Shown here: positions 1-15,810 of the stretch, piece after piece | Position numbering within the stretch: position 1 is the first letter of the stretch | Layout of the letters: each line of letters begins with the position of its first letter | Assembly: GCF_009914755.1 (NCBI RefSeq) | Contig: NC_060940.1 | Source: the human T2T-CHM13v2.0 reference genome, Homo sapiens | Reading direction: 5' to 3' (one strand) | DNA: 64,000 bases | Program-made: the position numbers and the translations under genes | Notes under the pieces: generated by a model | Seen by the model: the letters and a program-made list of their open reading frames with translations, nothing else | Told to the model about the DNA's origin: nothing | The model's database searches: none

Positions 1-313
1 CTAGAACTCCTGACCTCAGGTGATCCACCTGCCTCTGCCTCCCAAAGTGCTGGGATTACAGGCATGAGCCACTGCGCCCAGCCAGGAAAAGTAGTTTCTA
101 TCTTAAAACACTATGAATAATTTATTCACCCAAAATTAGGAGTTTGCCTTTAAGAAATCCGTATAAATTATCTTTAGAGCATTATTAGTATACAACATAT
201 AACCCGGATATTGTGAAGATTTGACTCTTGCTTCTGATTTAGCCTCTCCCATCTTCAAATGATTCACGTGCTGGAAAGTCTGGGTTCAGTTTAGTTTTTC
301 CCTGAGGCCTCTA

Positions 314-478
<165 letters not shown>

Positions 479-635
479 CTAAACAAGGTAACAACACCTC
501 AATTCATTATTATTTGATTTGTCTAGTATACATCTAATGCAAAGCTCTTTCAATATGTAAAAATAAGGAAGGAAATCATCAACCAACCCAGGAACATTAA
601 AGGGACTCAGCTAAGAGACAAGCTGTAAGGGACTA

Positions 636-848
<213 letters not shown>

Positions 849-1785
849 CTAGGCAGTTAACCTAGATTCCCTACCCAAAATAATCACCATTAACTATGTT
901 GAGCCCAAGCATGGAGATCTATCTCCCCTCCCCATCCAACACACACACTAAAATAGAAGGTAGATTACAAGAATACATGACCTAAATTCCTGGCTGGATT
1001 AAGGGCAGACAAAAAAATCTTGAATAAACAGACTGCCCAGCTAAATCCCAAAGCAGTGGTAGAGAGACTGAGATGAAAGAAAGGTAAATCCATAGGTATT
1101 AACAGTCAAGAAGATACTGTATAATAGAAGAATAAAAGATGACCCAAACACTAGAATGTTAACAGTAAAAGAATTTGAATGAGATTATTTGTCTTGAAAA
1201 AATACAACTCCCACTTCTTTTTTTTTTGAGACAGAGTCTTGCTCTGTCGCCAGGCTGGAGTGCAGTGGCATGATCTTGGCTCACTGAAACATCCGCCTCC
1301 CAGGTTCAAATGATTCTCCTGCTTCAGCCTCTCGAGTAGCTGGGAATACAGGCATGCGCCACCATGCCCAACTAATTTTTTTGTATTTTTAGTAGAGACG
1401 GGGTTTCACCATGTTGGCCAGGATGGTCTCGATCTCTTGACCTCGTGATCTGCCCGCCTCGGCCTCCCAAAGTGCTGGGATTACAGGCGTGAGCCACCAC
1501 GCCCGGCCTCCCACTTCTTAACTAAATAAAATAGAAAATAAAGCAAACTTTCCATATCAAAAAAAGTGTAAGGGTTGGAGGTGGAATGAAAGAGAGTTAA
1601 TTTATTTCTTTAGAGACTAGGCAGAATAGAAGATGGACAAAACAGAAGCAGACAAGCAATTAGAACTAAATAGGGATACGAGGAACAATTAATAAAGCAC
1701 AAGGAATGAATCTTCTTTATGGATTACCATGACAATTTAGTCAGGATGCTAAGAGATACACGCATTGCTTAGTTTCTTTCGCTCA

Positions 1786-1935
<150 letters not shown>

Positions 1936-3448
1936 TCACAAATAAGCAGAGATAATGTTTAATAAGCCAGAATTTTCTGGTTAAAATACTGAAATACTCA
2001 TTTTTTCTTAATTTATATAGTTTTTCAAAAACAAAACACTTTACTTTCATCCATTTATCTGACATTCGCATTATACTATTCTCATTGTAACACTAGATTT
2101 TTGTCTGTTAAATATGCCATCCCCATTCAGCAACAATGATGGTGTGGAAAAAACACATATATATATGCCACTCCCTAAACTTTGCTAGACAAAAGTACCA
2201 ACTATTACTTTGCCACAAAAGAAATTTGTACTGTTCATTCTCTTCTTTGATAATTTTTAAATAATTTTTAATCTATAAAAGGGTCAGAGCCTCAAAATGT
2301 TGACCCCAAATTCTTCCAGTTCAGAATTTTAAAAGTAATTCAATACCATTTTTTATAAGACTTCACATTTAAAAGTGAAGCAGAAAGACTACAAGAACTA
2401 CGTTGGCCTTAAATATGCTTGGGTGGGAAAGTGACCTGAGAATCTACTTTATTCAAAAAAGCAAAGAGGAGAATTAAAAGATTTAATCACCAAAACATTC
2501 ATGATTTTATTCCTATTAAGACTTGTCAAAATATAATAAACCAAAACCTTGGCCAGATTACAAGGTCAGGAGTTCGAGACCAGTCTGGCCAAAATGGTGA
2601 AACCCCATCTCCACCAAAAAATACAAAAATTAGCCAGGCATGGTGGTGTGCGCCTGTAATCCCAGCTACTCAGGAGGCTGAGGCAGGAGAATTGCTTGAA
2701 CCCTGGAGATGGAGATTGCAGTGAGCCGAGATTGTATGCCACTGCACTCCAGCCTGGCAACAGAGCAAGATTCTGTCATAAAATAAAATGAAATATAAAA
2801 TACAAATAAACCAAAACCTTTATATGGGGAAGTAGATTCTCAACTTAAAAAGAAAAAAAAAAGGTATTAGAAATCTCATTCTAAAAACGTAACTTTTAGG
2901 CCAGGTGGAGTGGGTCACATCTGTAATCCCTGCACTTTGGGAGGTCAGGGCAGGAGGATCACTTGAGCCCAGGAGTTTGAGACCAGCCTGGGCAAACAAA
3001 CGAAACACTTTCTCTACAAAAAAATGTAAAAATTAGCCAGGCACGATGGTGTGCACTTATAGTCCCAGCTCCTCTGGAGGCTGAGACAGGAAGATCCCTT
3101 AAGCCCAGGAGTTCAAGGTTGCAGTAAAATATGATGGCGCCACTGCACCCCATCCTGGGTAAGAGAGCGAGACCCTGTCTCAACAAACAAACAAAACCCC
3201 CTAAACTTTTCTGCTTCAAAATAATCCACAAGGGAGTAAAAGAATGAGAGGGAACAAAGTGCTGATGAATAAAGATTAACCACAAATTGATCACTGTGAC
3301 TGTGGAGAAATAAGTAATGGAAATTTGTGTTATTATTCTCTCTACTTTTGTCTATGCTTGAAATTTTCCATGATAACAAGTTTTTTGGGATTTTTTTTGT
3401 TTTTTAATTACAAAACAACCTGTTCACCCTATGTTTCTTCAATACTCA

Positions 3449-3649
<201 letters not shown>

Positions 3650-4013
3650 TCAGGGGAAGCAGCCAGAAAGACAATCCTACCGTTACAAAAGCCTCTAACT
3701 CAACCTGTGCTTTGCCAGGGTAACTGTCCAAGCTGTTCTATCAACCAGAGTAGTTGGGGGTAAAAAAAAGTGCTCTGGTTCTATCAACCAGAGCAGGTGG
3801 GGGTAAAAAGAGTGAAAAATGACCACTGGGGCTGAGAGGCAATATTAGAGCTTCAAGTGGCAGAAACAGAAGAAGAAAAGAAAAACATACAGAGTTCAAG
3901 TGTTGTTGCCACAATTTTCCCTTTTAAAGCCAGTCCTTTAATGTGCAAATAAGAACATGGATACATGTCTCATTTCTTCTTGTTTACCAGCCAGAGGGTA
4001 AGAGAAACAGTAA

Positions 4014-4396
<383 letters not shown>

Positions 4397-4822
4397 TGAG
4401 CCACCACACTCAGCAACGCCTGTTAATCCCAACACTTTGAGAGGCCAAGGCAGGCAGATTGCTTGAGTCCAGAAGTTCAAGACCAGCCTGGGCAACACGG
4501 TGAAACCCTGTCTCTACAAAAAAAAAGTAGAATAAACTAGCCAGGGTGGTGCCTGCCTATAGTCCCAGCTACTCAGGAGGCTGAGGTGGGAAGATCGCTT
4601 GAAACCCAGGAGATCAAGGCTGCAGTGAATTGTGATCCCACCATGGCACTCCAGCTTGGGTGACAGAGTGAGACTCTATTAAAAAAAAAAAAACAAAAAA
4701 CCTCACAATGGCTCAATAAGTTCCATCTCAAAAAATGGCAGGTTTTCCAATATAATTCGCGTTTGCTTCTTTAAAAAGTTGGGTATTTTTTAAATTTTTT
4801 TGAGACAGGGTCTCACTCCTGA

Positions 4823-5197
<375 letters not shown>

Positions 5198-5378
5198 TCA
5201 ACGTTTCTCAAGAACTTCAATTTTTCCAAAGTTATTTAATGCAAATCATAGGTCATCTCATAATAAAGATCAAAACTGTGCATATCTAGAGTGTTTGAAA
5301 TAAAGACATACCAAAGGGGAGAGAGGAGGGGGGAAAAAAAAGAAGAAAAACATACCAGAAAAATTGAGGGTAAAATTA

Positions 5379-5531
<153 letters not shown>

Positions 5532-5593
5532 CTAAAAGGAAATGCAGACAATTACCCCTAGAAACACACAGAAATGATGATAACAAGTGTTAG

Positions 5594-5851
<258 letters not shown>

Positions 5852-6884
5852 TGATCCACCTGCCTCGGCCTCTCAAAGTGCTGGGATTACAGGCGTGTGC
5901 CACTGCGCCCAGCCATTACTATTGTTTTTAAAAGAAGAATACCAGAAAACACCCTCAAAGATAAATTTGGTTCCAATTCTCAGGTTCATAACAGCTCAAA
6001 CTTCAAAGTCTTATTTAAATATGTTACATTTTTAAATTTTATTTTATTTTTAAAAATTTTCTCTTTGTCCAAAGGCCGGGTGTGGTGGCTCACGCCTGTA
6101 ATCCCAGCACTTTGGGAGGCCAAGGCGGGTGGATCACAAGGTCAGGAGATCGAGACCATCCTGGCTAACACGATGAAACCCCGTCTCTACTAAAAATACA
6201 AAAAATTAGCCGGGCATGTGGTGGGTGCTTGTAGTCCCAGCTACTCAGGAGGCTGAGACAGCAGAATGGCGTGAACCCAGGAGGCCGAGCTTGCAGTGAG
6301 CCGAGTTTGCGCCACTGCACTCCAGCCTGAGCAACAGACTGAGACTCCGTCTCAAAAAAAAAAAAAAAAAAATTTCTCTTTGTCCAAATTAAAAAAGGAA
6401 GGCTGGACACAGTGGCTCACACCTGTAATCGCAGCACTTTGGATGGCTGAAGCAAGATGACTGCTTGAGGCCAGGAGTTTGACACAAGCCTGGGCCACAC
6501 AGCAAGACTCCATCACTACCAACAATAATAATAATAATAATAATAATGTAAAGGTTTAAAACTTTATCACCCAACCTTGGTCAATCTCCCATTCCTAAAT
6601 AGAACAATAGATTTAATTTGTAAGACTGAGACCAGTCCTAACCATGTGTATTTTGGAAAGGAAAAAAAAGAAAAAAAAAAAAAAACAGCCAGGTGATCAG
6701 GGTTTTATCAGGTCACTCCTGTTAAGAAACACAAAGACAGAGGAAGAATTCTGGGAAAATGATCAGAAGGAAAGGTGAGAAGCTAAAAAGCAGGTAATTT
6801 GCAGTATAGTTTATTTACATCCTTCCGTAAAGCAGAGTGCATTAAATACAAGAAAGCATCAGGGTGATCTAATGGGTTTGTATA

Positions 6885-7345
6885 ATAAGACTACTTCATT
6901 CAACAGCAGCAGAATACACATTTTTCTTAAACTTACACTGAACCAAGAAAGACCATATTCTGGGTCATAAAAAATATCTTAACAAATTTCAAATAACATA
7001 AATCATAGACAGTATGCTCTTAGACCACACAGAATTAAACTAGAAATCTGCAACACAAAGACAGGTGCAAAAAAATCCCAAAATATTTGGAGATTAAAAG
7101 AACATACTTCTAAATAACACATGGGTCAAAAACAACATTATAAGAGAAAACTATAAGCCAATCTCTCTCATGAATACACATATAAAAATACTCAACAAGA
7201 TATTAGCAAATCAAACCCAACAAAGTTATAAAAAGAATAATATACCCTGACCACGTATTCCAGGTATGTAAGGCTGGTTAGGCATTCAAATATCAATGTA
7301 ACCCAGCATGTAACAGGCTAAAGAAAACAAATCACATGATCATAA
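6885..7345 (+). mobile_element. Old L1 (L1M) ORF2 fragments, endonuclease then RT region, joined by a deletion
   Basis: Typical L1 ORF2 text: 'agcagaatacacatt', 'gaattaaactagaaatc', 'aaaatactcaacaagatattagcaaatcaaacccaaca'. Confidence 0.75.
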
Positions 7346-7729
7346 GAGAACACAAGTCAGTTAGAAAAATAAAATCAGGGGCACAAAAAAAAAGCTTTTG
7401 AATTCTCATAAACACTTTCCTTCAGGAGTGTTAATTTCTCCCTTCTTTTGAGCCTCATGAAAACTAGGAAAACATGTCCTGTTCATCATTATGTTAATTA
7501 CATTTTGTTAGATTATAATTTTTCCCCTTGCTAATCAAATTTATTAACTTTTAACCTTTTACCAAGTTAATTCATTGTAAGTAAACTAAAAAACGAGTAT
7601 GCCCCAGAGAGAATTCCACAGCAACAAATACATATACATATAAGTCATAATTTCATAAGTCAACAAATACATATAAGTCATAATTTCAATGATATAATTT
7701 TCTCCCTACAGATGTTTCATAATTTACTT

Positions 7730-8330
7730 AATCCCCATTTGGGGACTACTAGTTGTTTCCGGTTTTCTCCTACTATAAACAATATTAGGATGAATACTTT
7801 TACATACACATTTTTGTGTACTTGTCCTATTATTTTTTCAGGCTAAAGTCCTAAAAATTGAATTAATGAATCAAAGGGTACAATTTAAGGCTTTTCCTAC
7901 ATGCTACCAAACTGCATAGTAAAAAGATGGCATCATCCTATACTCCCATAAAGTGAAGAGTACTGCCTGTTTCTCTATTTTCTAACACTGGGAATTAGAT
8001 TAAAAAATACGAAATGTGAAAAATGATACCTCAATTTTACTTTATTTCTTTAATAAGAAAATTTTTTCAAATGTTAATTAGCCATTTCTTTCTTCATGAA
8101 TTGCTGGTTCAAATACCAATTTTTCCATTAGAGTGGTATTTCCTATCAATTATAAATTATTCATAGATTGAATATATTAATATGCTGTCATAAGTTAATG
8201 TTTTCCCCAGTTGTTAATTTGCCTTTTAAATCGTAGACTGTTCCCCTTTTTGTTATTCAATTTTTAAATTTTAATATGGTTAAATTTGTGGCTTTTCCTT
8301 TACAGTAGCTACTTCTAGTGACTTAATTAA
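7730..8330 (-). mobile_element. Old L1 (L1ME-like) 3' fragment
   Basis: 'agttgtttccggtttt...ctactataaacaat...atgaatacttt...tcaaagggta' pattern of an antisense L1M 3' end. Confidence 0.6.
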
Positions 8331-8494
8331 TGGAAATGGTTTTCTTTACATGTCACTGCACTTTCATTTTTACTCTTAAATACCTAATCCTTGCCTACTA
8401 ATTGAATAATAAACACAGAAACCCTGAATTTCTGCAAGAATGCCAAAGAAAGGATCCCATCCAAAACAGGATTTCAAATCCTGAGTAACTTTAG

Positions 8495-9000
8495 CCATTC
8501 AAAACCCTGCAATGGCTTCCTAACATATTCAAAATAAAATGCAAGCTCCCATGAGGCCTACATAGTCTGGCTCCGCTTATGTCTCTGACATCCATCCTAC
8601 CATTCTCTGCCTCTCTCACTTTATGGCTTCACTTGCCTTCCTGTTGCTCTCCAAGCAAGCTATGCTTGTTCCTACCTCAGGTCTTTGCACTTAGGGTTCC
8701 CTCCGTATGGTACACTATTCCTCACGATCTCTGCATGGCTTGCACCTCATGTCTCTTAGGTCTCTACTCAAATGTTATCTCCTCTGAGAGACCTCCCTGA
8801 CTAACTCTAATCTAAAACACTTGGCCAGTTGCCCTATATCCCACCTTATCCTGCCATCATTATATTCCTCCATGCTGCTTTAGATTTTTCTTCATGGCAT
8901 TTATTCCTAACTGACATTAATGTTACCTATTTACTTGTGAATTTCTTACCTCCCTGACTAGAACATAAACTTCATGATAACATCAGTATATCCCAGCACT
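8495..9000 (+). mobile_element. L2 fragment
   Basis: 'aaaaccctgcaatggcttcc', 'tcaaatgttatctcctctgagagacctccctgac', 'ctagaacataaacttcatga' resemble the L2 3' end. Confidence 0.7.
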
Positions 9001-9031
9001 TCGTATATGCTGTCTGAAAGAAGCTACTTAC

Positions 9032-9086
9032 CGTTGTCAAAACACGCATAATTGTGTCTATATGCCATCGTTTGGAAGGTGCATAC
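9032..9086 (-). CDS. AP1G1: AP1G1 exon 13 (55 nt; [18 protein letters not shown])
   Basis: ttcag|GTATGC ... ACG|gtaagt. Confidence 0.96.
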
Positions 9087-9382
9087 CTGAAAAAAACAAT
9101 GGAAAGGGACACTTGGAACCAGTAAAATATACCGTTTTCAGTGACTAGAAAATCCTGCCCAAGCAGGGTGACTCACACCTGTCATCCCAACATCTTGGGA
9201 GGCCGAGGTGGGACATCACCTGAGCTCAGGAGTTCGAGACCAGCCTGGGCAACACGGTGAAACTCCATCTCACCAAAAAATACAAAAATTAGCTGGGTGT
9301 GGTGGTGGGTGCCTGTAGTTCAGCTACTCTGGGAGGTTGAGGTAGGAGGATTGCCTGAGCCTAGGAGGTTGAGGCTACAGTG

Positions 9383-9593
9383 AGAAAGAAGAGAGAGAAA
9401 AGAAAGAGAAGAAACAGAAGAAAGAAAAGAAAGGGAAGAAAGAGAAGAGAAGAAAGAAAAGAAAGAAGGAAAGAAGATGGAAGGAAAGAAGGAAGGAAGG
9501 AAGGAAGGAACAAAAAAGAGAGAGAAAGAAAAGAAAGAAAAAGAAAGAAAGAAAGGAAGGAAAGGAAAAGAAAGGAAAAGAAAAGAGAAGAAA
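9383..9593 (+). repeat. Compound (GAAA)n/(GGAA)n polypurine tract
   Basis: About 210 bp that are almost entirely A/G. Confidence 0.95.
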
Positions 9594-10456
9594 ATCCTGT
9601 CCTACAGTCTTTTCTAGGTTCCCTGGATAAGTGAACATATCTGGAAACATTTCAACTTCAAATCTAGCAGCAAATGCCATTTCAAAGAGTGATAAAAAGG
9701 TATACAGTCAACTGACTTCAGTGGCTCATGCCTATAATCCCAGTACTTTGGGACGCCAAGGAGGAAGGAGTGCTTGAGGCCAGGAGTTCCACACAAACCT
9801 GGGTAACATAGCAAGACCCCATCTCTACAAAATAAAAATTAAAAAATTAGTGGCACATGATGATTTGCAGCTACAGTCCCAGCTACTCAGGAGGCTGAGG
9901 CAGAAGGATGGCTTAAGCCCAGAAGTCCAGGCTGCAGTAAGCTATGACTGGGCCACTGCCCTCCAGCCTGGGTGACAGAGCAAGACTCCGTTTCTAAAAT
10001 TAAAGAAAAAAAAAAAAGAGGGTACATAGTCAAACTCAGATGTTTCCCATAAGATTGCAATAAGAGTTGCTAAGCTGAGAAATGAGATTTGTTTTCAGTT
10101 TCAGAGAAAATGAATCATTCAGTCAGGGCAGGAGACGATAAAGAAGAAAGAAGAAAAGGGACTGTTTTCAGACCAAGACAACATTTGGACTAAAAACTTG
10201 TTTCCTTAAATTCAGAGTGGAAAGAAGAGAAAGAATAGCTGTACTACTAAAATCATAAGGTACTTCCTCAAAATTCTGCATAGAGCTGCAATTCAGGTGC
10301 TGTAACTGTTCTATTGCCTTTATTAAAACAGCATCACAGGCCAGGTGTGGTGGCTGATGCCTGTAATCCTAGCACTTTGGGAGGCTGAGGCAGGCGAATC
10401 GCTTGAGTCCAGGAGTTCGAGACCAGCCTGGACAACATAGCGAAACCCCATCTCTA

Positions 10457-10660
<204 letters not shown>

Positions 10661-10826
10661 TCATAGATGAGAGGTTAAAGAACAGATAAAGGAGAAGATT
10701 TCATAAAAGTGTGAAATTTTTTTGGTCTCAGCATATTTAAATGCTGGCTATAATAGCCTTCTCCAAGCTAATTTATAATTGAGGGTTTGAAATAAATGTT
10801 ATGTGTTTTAAACATATTTACAGTAG

Positions 10827-11075
<249 letters not shown>

Positions 11076-11212
11076 TGATCCACCTGCCTTGGCCTCCCAA
11101 ACTGCTGAGACTGCAGGCGTGTGCCACCGCGCCCAGCCCCCTCCCCATGTTTTAAAGACACTTCCAAAAGTTCCAAGCAGACTTTACCAATAAAGGTAAA
11201 AATTAAATCTTA

Positions 11213-11371
<159 letters not shown>

Positions 11372-12455
11372 TTAAAAACAGTTAAGAAATTTATAGTGGA
11401 AATGAAACAAAGACCCAGGTATGCACTCTGTGAACACCAAGTACTGCCAGATGTGCTAACGTCCTTGCACGATCTTGTGATCCCAATCTTTGCACACGAA
11501 ATAACCAAGGAGGTGTATTCTTACATAATCAAAGTTAGTTTTGATATTTTGAATCTTCATGCAATATTCTTCTTCAAAAGTCCCTACGAGATATACCACT
11601 AATGTCCAAACATGCAGCTTGGGTTCAACAGGCTGTTCTACAAAGGTGGAAGTTAGAATACCTGAGAGTCTCAAAAAGAGGGGCAACAAATAAATGTATT
11701 ACCCAATAATAATACCTATCTGCCTCATTCCTTAAAAATGTGACATGTTAAGTCACCATATTCTACTTTTATTACACCCCACTCTGTCCAAACATGATGT
11801 AATATAGTTTATGTCAAAAGGTATGCAGAAAATTCAAATTAAAAACAAATTCAAGGCCGAGCGTGGTGGCTCACACCTGTTTTCTCACCACTTTGGGAGG
11901 CCAAGGCAGGCGAATCACCTGAGGTCAGGAGTTTGAGACCAGCATGGCCAACATGGTGAAAGCACTTCTGTACTAAAAATACAAAAATTAGCCGGGCATG
12001 GTGGTGGGCGCCTGTAGTCCCAGGTACTAGGGAGGCTGAGGTAGGAGAATTGCTTGAACCCAGGAGACAGAGATTGCAGTGAAGTGAGGCACTCCAGCCT
12101 CGGCAACAGAGTGAGACTCTGTCTCAAAAAAAAAAAAAAAAAATTCAAAGGGAAAATGAGGGCCATGAGAAGGAAAAAAAAAATGGCATGTCCTAGGAGG
12201 ACAAATAAGAGTTTCTATAACTGCCTATTCAAAGTTGGCAATGAAGTTAAAAATAGGAATGTTTAACATGTAAAAGCTGTAAGGTTGCTATATGCATCTT
12301 TCCATACTTGGTCAATAATATCAAACACTATATGTACACTGACTTTCAAAAGTAACAATTTAGGCTGGGCACAAGTGGCTCACGCCTGTAATCCCAGCAC
12401 TTTGGGAGGCCAAGGCAGGCAGATCACCTGAGGTCAGGAGTTCGAGACCAACCTA

Positions 12456-12677
<222 letters not shown>

Positions 12678-12729
12678 TCATCTTAGCTAACATGTAAGTA
12701 GCAAAAAATTCAATCCTTAGTTATAATAA

Positions 12730-13230
12730 CTTTTATAGGGTGCTTATGTAATTTACATATATTAATTCAATTTATCCTGCATAACCCTATGAAGTGGTTG
12801 CCCTTCTATCTGTATTTTACTTATGAGGCAATTGAGGCACTGAAAGTTTAAGTAATTTGACCCAGTCTATTAAAGGCAGAGTCAGAAAATGAAATGAGGC
12901 AGTCTGGCTCCAGAGTCTAAGCTCTTACTGTTATATATCCTTTCAAAGAGACACAAGTTTCACTTTTTTTGAAATTCACAGCCCAGTAATGAGCTAGAGA
13001 GAAACAACACAAAAAGAGTCAGAAGGCTAATATCTATTCCCAGGACTGCCCCTTACAAGGATTAAGGTTTAGGTTAAGTCATTTGATCCCCATGGGACTG
13101 AATTGTAACTAATCTGTTAATTAGGGATAGAAGTAGTTGCTTAGGCTCTCTCATTGGCCTGCTCTGAGAACCCACTGAGAGGGTACTTATAAAATCTTTT
13201 GCAAAGCACTATATAAAAGTTGGTGTTATT
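12730..13230. mobile_element. Two MIR fragments in opposite orientation (~12730-12930 minus, ~12985-13230 plus)
   Basis: MIR core 'attttacttatgaggcaattgaggcactgaaagtttaagtaatttgaccca' and 'gttaagtcatttga'. Confidence 0.6.
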
Positions 13231-13596
13231 AAGTTTAGGTCTTATCTTTAGATTGCTCAAGCACTTAGCACCTTTTATTTGTACCTGTTCTGTGCAAATC
13301 AAAGGAACTCACCATCAATAAATGTTTGTTAACTGAATGGTTTCAGAGATCACTTTAAATATACTTTGTTCTAGATTTGAACATACAACCAAAAGTTCAG
13401 AGGCCAACTTTAGCTAAGTTCTACATATTCTACAAACATCTAGAGTTCTAAGAAGACATCCAGTAGAATTACTCCACTGAGGGAAGAGATTTATGCTTTT
13501 TGAGAGTGCTACCTGCTGCCTAACAGTCATTTCAGGATACACTGTTCTAAGCAATATGCTGCCTTCAGGATCCTGGGGCGTAAGTACTGTGAAAAA

Positions 13597-13682
13597 CGTG
13601 TGCTGTCAGCAGTTTGAGTGTCAGCATTGTGACAAGACACTTAGCCGATGGATCACTCCGTACTTTCATCCTCCAACACACA
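13597..13682 (-). ncRNA. SNORD71: Box C/D snoRNA SNORD71 (HBII-239), intronic in AP1G1 intron 11
   Basis: The 86 nt contain a terminal stem UGUGUGUUG/CAGCACACG, box C variant AGGAUGA (13672-13666), D' CUAA, C'-like AUGCUGA and box D CUGA (13609-13606). The guide GAGUGAUCCAUCG is complementary, with one G-U, to 5.8S rRNA CGGUGGAUCACUC. Confidence 0.93.
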
Positions 13683-14001
13683 AAGCACAGTACCTCCACT
13701 AGGTAAACTTTTGCCTAGCTTATCTGTGCCTGTTGTATTTATCAAAGAGCCAAGGACAACTTCAGTGTGCACTTAAGTATTCTTATTGGCCTCCTTAACA
13801 ACCTAAACTTCTCCCTGCCAATCCTTTCTAAAAAAAGGATTCACTGAGCAGAGTCCATCTGTGAACACAATGACTAAATACATAAATGTCAACACTCTTG
13901 CTCTGAAAACAAAGTATCACATGGCAGCGGCATAGAGCTATCAATAATCTGTCACTCAATTTACCAAAAACACTAGACTGAGAAAGGATCTCAGTTTGTT
14001 A

Positions 14002-14145
<144 letters not shown>

Positions 14146-14525
14146 TTAAAATGTAAAATTCAGGATAGTTTTTCTCCGTTTAAATAATAAAAAGAAAGAC
14201 GTCTAATGGATAAGAGAAAGCATACATTTTTATTTAAAAGAAAGTTAGTGAACATAAAAGTAACATTTCAAAGGTATAAGCGATACCATAATCTAAAATA
14301 GTGGCAACCAGGAGGTGCTTTGGATTTTAGATTTGTATTCATGGTCAAGTCCTTTTAAACTTCTAAAAGTAGGCCGGGCATGGTGGCTCACACCTGTAAT
14401 CCCAGCACTGTGGGAGGCCGAGGCAGGTGGATACCTGAGGTCAGGAGTTCAAGACCAGCCTGGCCAACATGGTGAAACCCTATCTCTAATAAAAATATAA
14501 AAAGTAGCTGGGCACATGGGTGTTA

Positions 14526-14741
<216 letters not shown>

Positions 14742-15534
14742 TCAGGAGATTAAGACCACCCTGGCTACCATGGTGAAACCACGTCTCTACTAAAAATACA
14801 AAAAACTAGCTGGGCGTGGTGGCAGGCACCTGTAGTCCCAGCTACTCAGGAGGCTGAGGCAGGAGAATGGCGTGAACCCAGGAGGTGGAGCTTGCAGTCA
14901 GCGGAGATCGTGCCACTGCACTCCAGCCTAGGCGACAGAGCGAGACTCTGTCTCAAAAAAAAAATAAATTAATTAAATTAAATTAAATATAAAATATAAA
15001 ATAAATAGAAGTGACTGACTCAATTCTTTAAAAGTTTTCCAAATAGTAAAACAAAAAGAGCATATAATATGTCTTTTAAGGCTGCCTTTCCCCCAAAATG
15101 CAATTTTACTTTTAACATGTGAGTTTTCTCTGCTTTTATTTGATCTAGTACCAAAACTGTATCTATAAAAATTTGAGTTTAAAATCCAAGTATTTAACTT
15201 AGTATGTTAGTGTTTTAACATTTTATTTATGTATTTATTTTTTAATAGAGATGGGGTCCCCCACTATGTTGCCCAGGCTGGTCTCAAACTCTTGGGCTCA
15301 AGCGTTCCTCCCACCTTAGCCTGCCAAAGTGCTGGATTACAGGTGTGAGCCATCACGCCCGGCAATCCAAGTGTTCTTTAGAAGGAGAAGATAACTCAGG
15401 GTGCCACAATAATTATTTCCACATCTTTTTTTTTTTTTTTTGAAACAGGGTCTCGGCCAGGTGTGGTGGCTCACGCCTGTAATCCCAGCACTTCAGGAGG
15501 ACAAGGTGGGCTGATTACCTAAGGTTAGGAGTTA

Positions 15535-15810
<276 letters not shown>

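Noticed and set aside
9375-9680. Lys/Arg/Glu-rich and Phe/Ser/Leu-rich ORFs
   Set aside because: They are translations of the (GAAA)n/(GGAA)n simple repeat.
13640-13660. Plus-strand similarity to the 5' end of 5.8S rRNA
   Set aside because: It is the reverse complement of the SNORD71 guide, not an rRNA gene fragment.
13582-13695. A microRNA gene (historic miR-768)
   Set aside because: The hairpin is fully explained by SNORD71 boxes and stems; to my knowledge the miRNA annotation was withdrawn.
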